Part shown: positions 20,238 through 30,527 of the stretch, one piece after another | Position numbering within the stretch: the stretch's first letter is position 1 | How the letters are laid out: each line of letters begins with the position of its first letter | Source of the DNA: an uncultured virus (IMG/VR IMGVR_UViG_3300022072_000005) | Taxonomy: Duplodnaviria; Heunggongvirae; Uroviricota; Caudoviricetes | Reading direction: 5' to 3' (one strand) | Length of the DNA: 64,000 nt | Virus record (IMG/VR): IMGVR_UViG_3300022072_000005 | The notes under the pieces: model-generated | What the model was told of the DNA's origin: nothing | Databases searched by the model: none | The model's input: only the letters and a program-made list of their open reading frames with translations | Made by a program: the position numbers and the translations under genes

Positions 20238-22091
20238 TTGATAAATTTAGAAGACATTAAAAGTAGAGGTGCAATAACCCTACTACAAACATATAATGGA
20301 ATTAATCCATACCTAAAAGCGTTGAAGAAAAAACTCATTAATAATGATAAAGTTGCGTTAACTGAGGGTCAGGTTGAATACATTAATAAGTTCTATGATG
20401 TAGAACCCCAAGTTATAAATCGTGTAGTCTCTATAAACCCCTTGTTAGGTGAATCACTTAAAGACAAACACAAACTTTCTTTTTTACCTGAAAAAATGCT
20501 TATACAGGCTATGCTTGCCGACCAAGAAAAGACATACCATGTATATGGAAAACTAAAAAAAAATCAAAAGAATGCGGAGATGTATTGGTTACCAAAAACA
20601 TTAGTTTTAGATGACCCATATTTTACTGAATGTGAAGTTGAAGTTAATTGGGAGAAATATGAGGAAATGGATGTAATGGGTAGACACCCTTACGAACACC
20701 AAAAAGAAGGTATTAAATTTTTAGTATGTAGGAAAGGTGCTATATTAGCTGATGACATGGGATTAGGTAAAACATATCAGTCAATTGTGGCCGCTTTAGA
20801 AGTTGATGCTAAAAAAGTTTTAGTTATTTGTCCAGCTAGTGTTAAAATATCTTGGCAAAGAGAAATTGAAAGTTTTGACCAAAAAGCAATCATAGTAAGT
20901 GGTAGTAAATGGCCAGAAGTTGGTAGGTTTACTGTTATTAACTTTGACATACTCAAAAATTTTCATACAATTGGTGAACCAACGAAGGATAAAAACGGTA
21001 ACTTTAACCCACATAATAGGAATATAGTTAATGAGAAATATGATTTGGTGATAATTGATGAGGCACATAAAATTAAAGACCATAAAACCCAAAGAGGTCA
21101 AATAGCTAACGAAATTGCGTTGACTTATGGAATTGAAAGAGTTTGGGAGCTTACAGGTACGCCAATCGCTAACAGACCAATGGATTTCTTTAATATATTA
21201 AAAATGATTAAATCACCTTTGGCTGACAATTGGAAATTCTTTGCTCAAAGGTATTGTGATGCTAAACGATTTCATAAAACACTTAAGAATGGTCAAAGAA
21301 GACAAATTTGGATTACCAATGGTGCGTCTAATCTTGATGAATTGGCAATTAGAACCAAAAACTCACTTCTTAGAAGATTGAAAACTGAGGTGTTAGATAT
21401 GCCAGATAAGACAGTCTCAACTATTTACCATAAATTAAGTAAACGTGGTGAAAGAGAATATGAAAGTATTTGGGATGAATACATGGAGAAACGAGCCGAA
21501 GAAGGTAAACGCAAAATTAGTGATTTATCTAAAGATATTGTTGAATTGGGACTTCTTAGGAAATTTATAGCAATGGAAACAATCCCAAATACAATCGAAT
21601 TAGCTAAAGATGCTATAGAACAAGGTCAAAAAGTGGTTATTTTCACCACATTTACAGACGAATTGAATGAAATAGCCGATAATTTCACTAATAGTGAGTG
21701 TGTTATACATAATGGCAAAATGACAGCAAACGCCAAACAAAAATCAGTTGATAGTTTTCAAAATAATAAAAAATGTAAAGTTTTTATTGGTAATATAACA
21801 TCTGCTGGTGTTGGTATTACATTAACTGAAGGTACTGTAGTTATCTTTAATTCATTTAGTTGGGTACCAGGTGATAATGAGCAAGCTGAGGATAGATGTT
21901 ATCGAATAGGGCAGAAATCTAATGTTTCGGTATATTACCAACTATTTACTGGTACAATTTCATTAGTAATGTGGTATACACTAATGAGAAAACAAGAAAT
22001 AATTAATAAAATCATCAATAAAAAAGATGAACATGGGGATAGATTGAAAATGTTATTGGATGATTTAGAAGAAAATGGATTAGAATTATGA
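20238..22091 (+). CDS. SNF2-family (HARP/SMARCAL1-like) helicase/ATPase
   Basis: LADDMGLGKT (motif I), IIDEAH (II), LTGTP (III), GVGITL, QAEDRCYRIGQ (VI). Confidence 0.93.
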   Translation: MINLEDIKSRGAITLLQTYNGINPYLKALKKKLINNDKVALTEGQVEYINKFYDVEPQVINRVVSINPLLGESLKDKHKLSFLPEKMLIQAMLADQEKTYHVYGKLKKNQKNAEMYWLPKTLVLDDPYFTECEVEVNWEKYEEMDVMGRHPYEHQKEGIKFLVCRKGAILADDMGLGKTYQSIVAALEVDAKKVLVICPASVKISWQREIESFDQKAIIVSGSKWPEVGRFTVINFDILKNFHTIGEPTKDKNGNFNPHNRNIVNEKYDLVIIDEAHKIKDHKTQRGQIANEIALTYGIERVWELTGTPIANRPMDFFNILKMIKSPLADNWKFFAQRYCDAKRFHKTLKNGQRRQIWITNGASNLDELAIRTKNSLLRRLKTEVLDMPDKTVSTIYHKLSKRGEREYESIWDEYMEKRAEEGKRKISDLSKDIVELGLLRKFIAMETIPNTIELAKDAIEQGQKVVIFTTFTDELNEIADNFTNSECVIHNGKMTANAKQKSVDSFQNNKKCKVFIGNITSAGVGITLTEGTVVIFNSFSWVPGDNEQAEDRCYRIGQKSNVSVYYQLFTGTISLVMWYTLMRKQEIINKIINKKDEHGDRLKMLLDDLEENGLEL

Positions 22092-22345
22092 TACAAATAT
22101 ATACAAGTGAAAATTGTGGTTATTGCAATGAATTACAAAAAAAATTAACGGAATTAGATATTAAATTCACCAAAATTGATATTGATGATAAAATTAATGA
22201 AATTAATGTGGAAAGTGTCTTTGAATTCATCGGTGAACCTGTAATTCCTATCATAATTTTAAAACCACATATATTAGCACCCAAAAGAAGTTTCAATACA
22301 ATTGATGAAGCTGTAAAATTAATATTATCTTTAATTGAAGATTAA
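22088..22345 (+). CDS. glutaredoxin / NrdH-like protein
   Basis: IYTSENCGYC CxxC motif, IP cis-Pro motif, 85 aa. Confidence 0.85.
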   Translation: MIQIYTSENCGYCNELQKKLTELDIKFTKIDIDDKINEINVESVFEFIGEPVIPIIILKPHILAPKRSFNTIDEAVKLILSLIED

Positions 22346-22368
22346 TATATTTATAATAAAAGAAACTA

Positions 22369-22731
22369 ATGGATTTTTATATAAATAGAACTGCAACTTT
22401 ACCTATCTTAAAGATGGAATTAATAAATGATGGGAGAAATGATTTTAATAAATTCTATGATATGATTCAAAATTCACAAATCACTTTTTGTATGGTTGAC
22501 ACAAATACAGGTGTTAAAAGGATTGGTGATAAAGAGGGTTTGTGCATACTTAAAGGACCTTCAAGTGATTGTAACGGTGAAGAATATTTTATTGGTTATC
22601 AATTCACATCTAAGGAAACTAAAAAAGCTGGTACATTTGTTGGTGAATTCAAAATAGTTTTTAATGATGGTTCAGGTACTCTTATAGTGCCAATTAAAAA
22701 TGAGTTAAATATCCATGTCCTTGAGAATTAA
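22369..22731 (+). CDS. BppU-N-like / Ig-like structural protein
   Basis: FYI..TATLP.LKMEL ... T..AG.F.GEF.I.F.DG..L..P pattern; TATTTAT motif upstream at 22348. Confidence 0.55.
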   Translation: MDFYINRTATLPILKMELINDGRNDFNKFYDMIQNSQITFCMVDTNTGVKRIGDKEGLCILKGPSSDCNGEEYFIGYQFTSKETKKAGTFVGEFKIVFNDGSGTLIVPIKNELNIHVLEN

Positions 22732-22843
22732 ATCCCTATAAATTTATTGATATCTGTAATACAATCTCCTTTATTTGCTATACAAATAAAGAAGATAAAG
22801 CCCTGGTAAAGAACGAATTATTTTAAAAAAAAGCAATAAAAAC

Positions 22844-22874
22844 TTTGATTTTTGGTTAAAATTGTGTTTTTTTG
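22844..22874 (+). promoter_or_regulatory. candidate Bacteroidota-type promoter for polymerase gene
   Basis: TTTG-N19-TTTTTTTG, one mismatch from TAnnTTTG. Confidence 0.35.
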
Positions 22875-22894
22875 CGTAAAAGTATATAAGTTTT

Positions 22895-25800
22895 ATGGTT
22901 AATGAAGAAGTAATATCTAGATTCCTAGAAGGTAGAAATCAAAAAAAATATATCGTAGGTGTTGAAATTCCTTATGGTAGTCCTGAAGTTTCACTTATAA
23001 TTAATGACCCAGTAAGGGGTAAATATATTTCAAAAGACCACGTAACATCCTTTTTATGGTTTAAAGAAGAAGTTACTAAAATTATGTATGGGGGTAAAAG
23101 AAATTTAATTAAAAAAGCCATCGAAAAATATGGTATCACCATAACAAAGTTAAAAACTTCCATAGGTGGGGAGGCTGAAACCTTCAGAATGGGTGATGGT
23201 TTCAAATACATGGCAAAAACCAAAGGTTCTAACACCAGATTATTAAAATTCTTTAAAGAAGGTGGTGTTGATGTGTATGGTGAATCAACTAAGAGTTACT
23301 TCATTGCTATAAACCCAATTGAACAATATCTAATTGCATCTGGTAAAAGATTATTCAAGGGAATGGATGATTATAATGATGTTCATAGACTTCAATTTGA
23401 TTTAGAAACAACGGGATTAAAACCAAAGGGAGGTTTATTATCCCCAGAAGAAATTAATGATATTAAATCAAGGATGTCCACTGGTGAAGATTTAACAAAA
23501 TTATACGAATTTGACGCTGGTAATAACCCAACTAGACATAAAGATGCTAGAATATTCCAAGTTGGTATTAGAGATAATAAAGGTTTCGAAGAGATTATAG
23601 AAGTACCACAAACTGGGAGTAGAAAGGAATTAAGGGACTTAGAAGCGTATTCAATACTTAAATTCTTTGACATAATAAATACTTTAAGACCCGATGTAAT
23701 TGCAGGTTATAATTCCGAGAATTTTGATTGGGACTTTATCTTTACTAGATGTGAAATTTTAAATATTGATATTGAATTAATTGCCAAAACTTTAGATAAG
23801 AGTGGTAAAAGTAATATTAGACGGGTTGATAAAAGTATAAAATTTGGTGGTGAAAGTGAATTTTATAAACAAACAATGATGTGGGGTTATAACATTATTG
23901 ATGTTTATCATGCAGTTCGTAGGGCAAAAGCTATTAACTCGAATATTAAAAGTGCTGGATTAAAATACATTACTAAATACTCAAAACTTAATAAAGATAA
24001 TCGTGTATATGTTGAAGGTAATAAAATATACTCCATATGGGCTGATAAAGACACTAATTACGCTTTTAATGATGCCGATGGTAGTTACTACCCAATAACA
24101 GAAGAAAGGTCCTTAGAAGATGGTTATGAAGAAGTTATGGGTGATGTGATTATTAGACGTTATTTACTTGATGATTTATGGGAAACTGAAAAAGTTGATG
24201 GGGTTTATAATCAAGCATCTTTTTTATTATCTAAAATCATCCCAACATCATATATGCGCTCCACAACGATGGGTACTGCTGGTATTTGGAAATTAATTAT
24301 GTTAGCGTGGTCATATGAAAATAGATTAGCAATTCCAGCTGTTAAACCTAGAAAGACATTCACAGGTGGGTTATCAAGATTGCTTGAAGTTGGGTATGCT
24401 GAAGACGTTGCAAAATTGGATTTTGCTGCCTTATACCCGAATATTGAGATTACGCACGATATATTCCCAGATACTGATATAAGTGGTGTGATGAGAGGTA
24501 TGTTAATTTATATCGCATCAACAAGGGATAAGTTTAAAGGTTTGATGAATGACCATAAAGCTAAATTAGGTAAATTAAAAGAACTTAAGAATAATAACAT
24601 TGATAAAATTTCTAAAGAAGATTTGGAATTATTGAACTCTGAAATTGAAAAAGAAAGTGGGTTAGCGAGTATGTACGATAAGAAACAATTACCAATTAAA
24701 ATTTTAGGTAATTCATTCTTTGGTTCATTAGGTGCGCCTAACATTTTCAATTGGGGTGATATCAACTGCGCTGAAGAAACTACTTGTAGAGGTAGACAAT
24801 ACTTGAGGTTAATGGTTAAATTCTTTATGGATAAAAAATTCAGACCACTTGTAGGGGATACAGATGGGTTTAACTTTGCAATTCCGAAAGATATTGATAC
24901 TAATTATTATACACCTTTAGGTACTCATAGATTTACTGAAAAAGATAAGGGTGTTACTTTAGTAGGTTTAGATGCTGTTGTAGGTGAATTTAATGAATTA
25001 TACATGATTGGTAGAATGGGGTTAGATATTGACGATATTTGTGAATCAACAATTAACTTCTCTAGAAAAAACTACGCTAACTTAATTGGTGGTAAAATTA
25101 AATTAGTTGGTAACACGATTAAGTCATCAAAAATGCCAGGTTATATTGAGGATTTTTTAGCTGAAGCAATCGATTATCTATTAAAGGGTGATGGGGATAG
25201 TTTTATAAAAATTTATAATAAAACCGTTGATGATATTTATAATTTTAGAATACCATTGGTTAAAATAGCTAGTAAGTCTAATGTTAAGGACACCGTGCCA
25301 TCGTATATAAAGGATATGAAAACTAGAACAAAATCTGGTAGTTTAAAAGCTAGAAAAGCGCATATGGAGTTATTAATAGCTAATGATGTTAATGCTAATT
25401 TGGGTGATACGGTTTATTATGTTAATATTGGTGCAACTAAATCAGTTGGTGATGCGCAAAAAATTTACCACCCCACAGATGAACAAAAGGCCCATAAAAA
25501 AGCCTATGGCACTTATGGTAGTGAAGTTAATTTCGAGATTAAACTTAATTGTAAATTAATACCAACTGACCAAATAGAAAATAACCCTAATTTAACAACT
25601 GATGAATATAACGTACCAAAATATTTGGCCGCATTTAATAAAAGAATTCACGCATTGTTAGTTTGTTTTAAACCTGAAATTAGGGAGGGTATTTTAATGG
25701 ATATGGTTAAAAATAAAAAAAATAAAGAAATGGAGTTGACTGAAAGGAAAGTTTTTAGTCAAAAAGATTGTGAAATGCATCGTGGTGTTGCTTTTAAAGA

Positions 25801-26470
25801 TGGTGACCAAAATACATTAGGTGAGTTGATGGATATGGAAGATAAGGAAATTGAATTTTGGCTTAGAGTTGATAAAACCCCTAATAATCTAGAGGAATTA
25901 AATATGGATTGGGAATCTATAAAAGTTGACTATGATGAGCGTATGAAAATTGAAAGAATTGAGGGTATTAAATTTGAAAAATCTAAAGTACTAGAATTAA
26001 TAAAAAGAATGGAGGTTGGTGACATTGCTAATATGAAAGTTACTAATGAATTACCTAAATCGATTTCTTTATATGGTTCATTTATAGTACATAATGATAA
26101 AAATGGAGAGCCAAATATTTTCATTAAATCTGAGAAATGGGAGGTTGATTTAGCTTCAGTTCAAGACATCTTTAAATATGAGACATGGGCTGAACAACGT
26201 CACCTTTATTATCAAACAGTTGATAATAAAGCGTTAAAAACATTTGAGTCTTGGTTAACACATGTGTGGGTTGAAGCTAAAAAAGAAGGTAATAATGATA
26301 AAGCATTAAAAATTAAAAAAGAATTAGATTTAGCTGGTGTCACATTAGTTTTAGATGATTATAAAGATTCGTTAAAAGAAGTTTTAGAAAGGGAAAGTGT
26401 AGAACATAAAGTGAGTTTAGATTCTGAAATAGAAGAACATGGTGGAATACGTAGAGATTCTAGAGGATAA
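22895..26470 (+). CDS. polB: family B DNA polymerase with 3'-5' exonuclease
   Basis: ExoI DLETTG, ExoII YNSENFD, ExoIII Y..DD, motif A DFAALYP, motif B KQLPIKILGNSFFG, motif C GDTDG, RKNYA. Confidence 0.95.
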   Translation: MVNEEVISRFLEGRNQKKYIVGVEIPYGSPEVSLIINDPVRGKYISKDHVTSFLWFKEEVTKIMYGGKRNLIKKAIEKYGITITKLKTSIGGEAETFRMGDGFKYMAKTKGSNTRLLKFFKEGGVDVYGESTKSYFIAINPIEQYLIASGKRLFKGMDDYNDVHRLQFDLETTGLKPKGGLLSPEEINDIKSRMSTGEDLTKLYEFDAGNNPTRHKDARIFQVGIRDNKGFEEIIEVPQTGSRKELRDLEAYSILKFFDIINTLRPDVIAGYNSENFDWDFIFTRCEILNIDIELIAKTLDKSGKSNIRRVDKSIKFGGESEFYKQTMMWGYNIIDVYHAVRRAKAINSNIKSAGLKYITKYSKLNKDNRVYVEGNKIYSIWADKDTNYAFNDADGSYYPITEERSLEDGYEEVMGDVIIRRYLLDDLWETEKVDGVYNQASFLLSKIIPTSYMRSTTMGTAGIWKLIMLAWSYENRLAIPAVKPRKTFTGGLSRLLEVGYAEDVAKLDFAALYPNIEITHDIFPDTDISGVMRGMLIYIASTRDKFKGLMNDHKAKLGKLKELKNNNIDKISKEDLELLNSEIEKESGLASMYDKKQLPIKILGNSFFGSLGAPNIFNWGDINCAEETTCRGRQYLRLMVKFFMDKKFRPLVGDTDGFNFAIPKDIDTNYYTPLGTHRFTEKDKGVTLVGLDAVVGEFNELYMIGRMGLDIDDICESTINFSRKNYANLIGGKIKLVGNTIKSSKMPGYIEDFLAEAIDYLLKGDGDSFIKIYNKTVDDIYNFRIPLVKIASKSNVKDTVPSYIKDMKTRTKSGSLKARKAHMELLIANDVNANLGDTVYYVNIGATKSVGDAQKIYHPTDEQKAHKKAYGTYGSEVNFEIKLNCKLIPTDQIENNPNLTTDEYNVPKYLAAFNKRIHALLVCFKPEIREGILMDMVKNKKNKEMELTERKVFSQKDCEMHRGVAFKDGDQNTLGELMDMEDKEIEFWLRVDKTPNNLEELNMDWESIKVDYDERMKIERIEGIKFEKSKVLELIKRMEVGDIANMKVTNELPKSISLYGSFIVHNDKNGEPNIFIKSEKWEVDLASVQDIFKYETWAEQRHLYYQTVDNKALKTFESWLTHVWVEAKKEGNNDKALKIKKELDLAGVTLVLDDYKDSLKEVLERESVEHKVSLDSEIEEHGGIRRDSRG

Positions 26471-26502
26471 AAAAAAGAGAGCTATTATTAAGCTCTCTTT
26501 TT
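26471..26502. terminator. bidirectional intrinsic terminator between convergent genes
   Basis: AAAAAGAGAGCT-attatta-AGCTCTCTTTTT. Confidence 0.85.
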
Positions 26503-26505
26503 GTT

Positions 26506-27681
26506 TTAATGGAAATAAAATCCAAGGGGACGATAACGAAGGTGTTTATTTAAATTTTCAGCTTCGTTAGCAGCTCTTTCTAATTGTTGTTGACTACCTA
26601 ACCTTAATAACCGCTCATCTAATTTATCCAATGCATCCCTTTTTTCTTCATTACCTTCAGAAACTAACGACTCGTAATCCATAGTTCTCTCAGCCTCTGG
26701 TGGCCCAAGAACACCACTAAATTTACCTCTAACCCTACCTAAAGCTTTTTTAGCTTCAGCCATAAATAATTGTCTCACCAATACTTTGGTTGGGAAATTA
26801 AAATCCTCAAATTTTAATTCAGCTAAAGGAACTTCATTTGGTAAAGTAATTATATCTGAATTTAACTTTCTACACTCATCAATATCTTCTGGGTCAGTTC
26901 CAGTGTCATAATAGTGATACCAAACTTTACAACCTTGTAAACCTACCGCAGTTGGTCCAGCACCAGCACCAGCACCAGCACCTACACCAGCACCACCGAA
27001 AGATAATCTTGAACCTGGTGTGCTCATTAAATGTAATAATCTAGTTCCATCTGGCCCAGCTGTTACTTTATATGCTAATTCACTTCTAAGTAACCTATTT
27101 TTAAGGTTAAAATCAGATGCAGTTAATAACACGTCGAATGCAGGGGCAACGTAGTAACCACCACCAGCACCAGCACCTGAAGCACCATTAGCACTAGCAC
27201 CAATACCCATTTGAGCAAAACCACCACCATATCCAGCGTCAAAACCACCATAATTTGCGAATAAAGCTGCGTCAGTGGTAGGTGGGGTAACCCACAATAC
27301 TTCATTAATCTCTCTACCAGCTGGTATAACATACACTTGTCTTCCAGCCTCAACTTCAACGTAATCTTTTTTAAGTTCCCATGGACCTCTAGCTTGTAAA
27401 CCTACTTGTTTAGAATATGCGTAAGTATATTGTGTTACGAAATCGAAATCACGAACACTCATTGCAAACGCCATATCAGTTGTATCAATATTTTTCCCCA
27501 ATAACGATTGCCATTGATGTTCTATTAACCAATTTTGAACGTGCATAGAGTAATCCTCAGTAGCTATTTGAAGAAATGTACATAACATCTCATCTAATAA
27601 TTCAATATCCCTAATAGGTGCCCCTAATGAATGTTTAAATTGTGTGAATATTTTTTCTTTATCTAAATCTGATACAGCCAT
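26506..27681 (-). CDS. neck / head-tail adaptor protein (T4 gp13-like)
   Basis: LGAPIRDIEL, AEAKKALGRVRGKFSG..P, L..EG.EEK; Gly/Ala-rich loops. Confidence 0.7.
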   Translation of the reverse strand: MAVSDLDKEKIFTQFKHSLGAPIRDIELLDEMLCTFLQIATEDYSMHVQNWLIEHQWQSLLGKNIDTTDMAFAMSVRDFDFVTQYTYAYSKQVGLQARGPWELKKDYVEVEAGRQVYVIPAGREINEVLWVTPPTTDAALFANYGGFDAGYGGGFAQMGIGASANGASGAGAGGGYYVAPAFDVLLTASDFNLKNRLLRSELAYKVTAGPDGTRLLHLMSTPGSRLSFGGAGVGAGAGAGAGPTAVGLQGCKVWYHYYDTGTDPEDIDECRKLNSDIITLPNEVPLAELKFEDFNFPTKVLVRQLFMAEAKKALGRVRGKFSGVLGPPEAERTMDYESLVSEGNEEKRDALDKLDERLLRLGSQQQLERAANEAENLNKHLRYRPLGFYFH

Positions 27682-27708
27682 AGTCTTTTATTATAAATAT
27701 TATAAAAA

Positions 27709-28218
27709 TTATAAAAAATTGCTAAAGATACACGTAACGTAGTATTTATCGTTGGTATCTTTAATTAAGCGAACACCGATGTGAGTATAACGGTTATCAA
27801 TTATTATTTGTCTATGAGATTCACTTTTAATAAAAGCTTTATAAAAACCATCCGCTGTGGAATAATATTTACCCACAATTTCACCGTAATTATCACCCCC
27901 ACGCCTTAAAATCTCAAACCTCCTGATGAATGTATTATGGTGGTTAAGCTCACCCAAAACTATCATATAATTAATATGTTTCTCACTTAAATCTCGACAT
28001 AATTTATCGTTTATTAATTCATTTAATTTTAAGTTAACTCGATATTGATTAAATAATAGCAATAAATCATTCTCAACTTCAGTTAAATCAGCAATATTAC
28101 TTACGTAGTGTATCATATCACTTCTTTTAGGGTGTAAAGAAACTGTATCAACTGTACTACAACTTAAAATCGTAGATAATAAGAATAATGAAATAAAATT
28201 TCTTAACACGCTATACAT
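27709..28218 (-). CDS. CAP/SCP-domain lipoprotein
   Basis: Likely start MYSV at 28218; lipobox ILSC; FNQYR...H..YM...H...GEIV...SESHRQII....THIG. Confidence 0.75.
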   Translation of the reverse strand: MYSVLRNFISLFLLSTILSCSTVDTVSLHPKRSDMIHYVSNIADLTEVENDLLLLFNQYRVNLKLNELINDKLCRDLSEKHINYMIVLGELNHHNTFIRRFEILRRGGDNYGEIVGKYYSTADGFYKAFIKSESHRQIIIDNRYTHIGVRLIKDTNDKYYVTCIFSNFL

Positions 28219-29935
28219 ATTTTTTAACATTGATTTTGTAAGTATCTTTAATTTGACACCAAGATAAATTCTTATTGTACATATTAAATTTAGAAATCGA
28301 ACCAATAAAGGTTCCAGCAAAATTTCGTTCTATGATTAAACCTAAGTCATCAACATCTTGACCGTCAAAGGTCATACTTTCTAATAAACCTTGTGTTCCA
28401 CCACCAATACTAATATTGTATGGGACACCAACTTGTTTTTCTTGAAAATCATCTAACCTTTTAAATATCATTTCGTCTATTTCACTAGAACTCCATCGTA
28501 ACATAGAATTTATATAAAATTTTAATTTACCTTTTCTTGGTGCACCATGAATCAAATCACATTTACTATAATTATCTGAATTAACCCATTTAACAACAAT
28601 ATGTTCCCATTTATCAGAAGTAACAGTACCACTAGCTGAATACTCTTCCACCATTTCAACAGATTTACAATCACCTGAAATAGTTAATAATCTATAACCA
28701 ATACTTCCATCATCTTTAATCCTAAAACCAATTGCGTTGTCAATTAAATCACTATCTTTATCTAATTCAATTATAGGTGCTGTTAAGCCAGAAAAAGAAC
28801 CAACCCTTTCTTGACCATAACCATCATCGGATTGTACATTGTCGCATACTAAACCATTTGACCTACCAAATATTAAAAAGGGATTAGTGAAATTAGTGGT
28901 TTCTTCCCTAACTATGGTTGAATAACGAGGTAAATTTTTATCATAACCTTTATTAGCTCGAACTTGCCCATAACCATCCTTTGATTGTTTATTGTCACAC
29001 ACTAAACCATTTGACCTACCAAATATTAAAAATTGGTTTTTAATTCGTTTAATATCAATTGGTGGGGGACTTAACGGAACGCTTAAAGTAGTTCCGCTTC
29101 CATCAACAATAATATTATTGATATTAATATCTATTTCTTTAATATCCATACAGAAATCGGTAGACCCACTAGTACAACCAGTGGTATTACCAGTGAATAT
29201 ATTCCAAAATTTATTTTCGGCCCTAGTTCCAATATAATAGAAGAATCCTTTATTATTTGGGTAAGTATCGTTAAGAGTTGTTCCAGTAATATTACCACAT
29301 GTATCACCAGTTACAGTTTGATTTAACCAAGTTTCAATCGTCCACCCACTCTCATACCTATTTGGTAGTAATTCATAATCGTAACCATCAAGTTTATAAT
29401 AACCTTGGTAGAACCCACCACAAAAATTAGCATAATTACCAGTACTGGCCGTAGTGCTTATTAATTCAATTGGGTAAATATAATTACCAGTGTAACCAGT
29501 GACTTTATTTAATTTTAATTGTGTATCCCCTGAAACATGTACCAATGTAGTACCTGTTAATGCACTTAATAATGCGTCATGGCCATAAGTATCTAATTCT
29601 GGTGAATAAGTTATTGCACCATTATCTAACCCAGTTAAACCATATGTAGTTGCAGTAAAACTACTTGTCGTTGAACCACCCCACCCACCTGATAAGGTGC
29701 TTATAATTTGATTATTTGGGTTAGAAAAATTAAAATCAAATGAAACAGTTAAATAATCACTTGGTGTTTCTTCAGTAATATCCCAATCAAAACCCCAATC
29801 TTGGTAGGAGAAATCAACATTTACATCACTGATTACGGTAGTCATACCATTTACATTTAAGTAAAAATCGAAATAGTCACTACCACTTATTCTAAAATCA
29901 ACACCACTAAAATTATAAATTTTTATATTTGCCAT
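28211..29935 (-). CDS. structural protein with C-terminal LamG/concanavalin-like fold
   Basis: WTIETW, WEHIVVKW, KLKFYIN, FIGSISKFNMYNKNLS; internal duplication FLIFGRSNGLVCDN.QS.DGYGQ. Confidence 0.6.
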   Translation of the reverse strand: MANIKIYNFSGVDFRISGSDYFDFYLNVNGMTTVISDVNVDFSYQDWGFDWDITEETPSDYLTVSFDFNFSNPNNQIISTLSGGWGGSTTSSFTATTYGLTGLDNGAITYSPELDTYGHDALLSALTGTTLVHVSGDTQLKLNKVTGYTGNYIYPIELISTTASTGNYANFCGGFYQGYYKLDGYDYELLPNRYESGWTIETWLNQTVTGDTCGNITGTTLNDTYPNNKGFFYYIGTRAENKFWNIFTGNTTGCTSGSTDFCMDIKEIDININNIIVDGSGTTLSVPLSPPPIDIKRIKNQFLIFGRSNGLVCDNKQSKDGYGQVRANKGYDKNLPRYSTIVREETTNFTNPFLIFGRSNGLVCDNVQSDDGYGQERVGSFSGLTAPIIELDKDSDLIDNAIGFRIKDDGSIGYRLLTISGDCKSVEMVEEYSASGTVTSDKWEHIVVKWVNSDNYSKCDLIHGAPRKGKLKFYINSMLRWSSSEIDEMIFKRLDDFQEKQVGVPYNISIGGGTQGLLESMTFDGQDVDDLGLIIERNFAGTFIGSISKFNMYNKNLSWCQIKDTYKINVKKYV

Positions 29936-29964
29936 TTGCTCTTTATTATATATAAATATTAACT

Positions 29965-30441
29965 TTAATCAAACGTACCAGACTTTCTAAGTATTTTATT
30001 TTTATAATCAATAACTAAATCATTAACTATTAAAAAATCGCTACCAATAACACCTATAATATTTAAAGTATTAGATAAGTTAGTTATGTCAGTACATTTA
30101 AAATTAATTGGTATGATTTTATTATTATACATCATTTGAGTTTTAGTAACATCGAATAAATACTTACTACCGCCAAGTCCAGTAACTGTTTTATTTGAAT
30201 ATGGAAATACAATGAAATTATAATCGTCAATTGATTCATAATTTAAAATTGAAATCGACGCTCCTGTATCCAATAAGAACCTACCTTCCACACCATTTAA
30301 AATTGCGGTTATAATTGGTAAGCTTGTGTTTACTTCAAAAGAAATTGAATCATTAATTTTGTTTTTTTCATTTAAAATATGGTTGTATGAAATTATAATT
30401 ACAATAAATGTAAATAATAACATTATGTTTTTTTTTATCAT
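29965..30441 (-). CDS. retropepsin-like aspartic protease with N-terminal membrane anchor
   Basis: FLLDTGAS, GLGG flap, GVIGSDFL...IDY. Confidence 0.85.
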   Translation of the reverse strand: MIKKNIMLLFTFIVIIISYNHILNEKNKINDSISFEVNTSLPIITAILNGVEGRFLLDTGASISILNYESIDDYNFIVFPYSNKTVTGLGGSKYLFDVTKTQMMYNNKIIPINFKCTDITNLSNTLNIIGVIGSDFLIVNDLVIDYKNKILRKSGTFD

Positions 30442-30527
30442 AAGCTTTATTTATTATAAATATAAAAAATATGGTCAATAAATAACACTAAATAAATGAG
30501 GTGTAATTAAATTTGAATATTTATTAT

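Noticed and set aside
22895..26470. Intein or intron in the polymerase or helicase
   Set aside because: No intein splice junction (C...HN) or LAGLIDADG motifs recognised; catalytic motifs are normally spaced.
28219..28320. Extended N-terminus of the CAP protein
   Set aside because: Lies inside the upstream gene; the signal peptide and lipobox fit a start near 28218.
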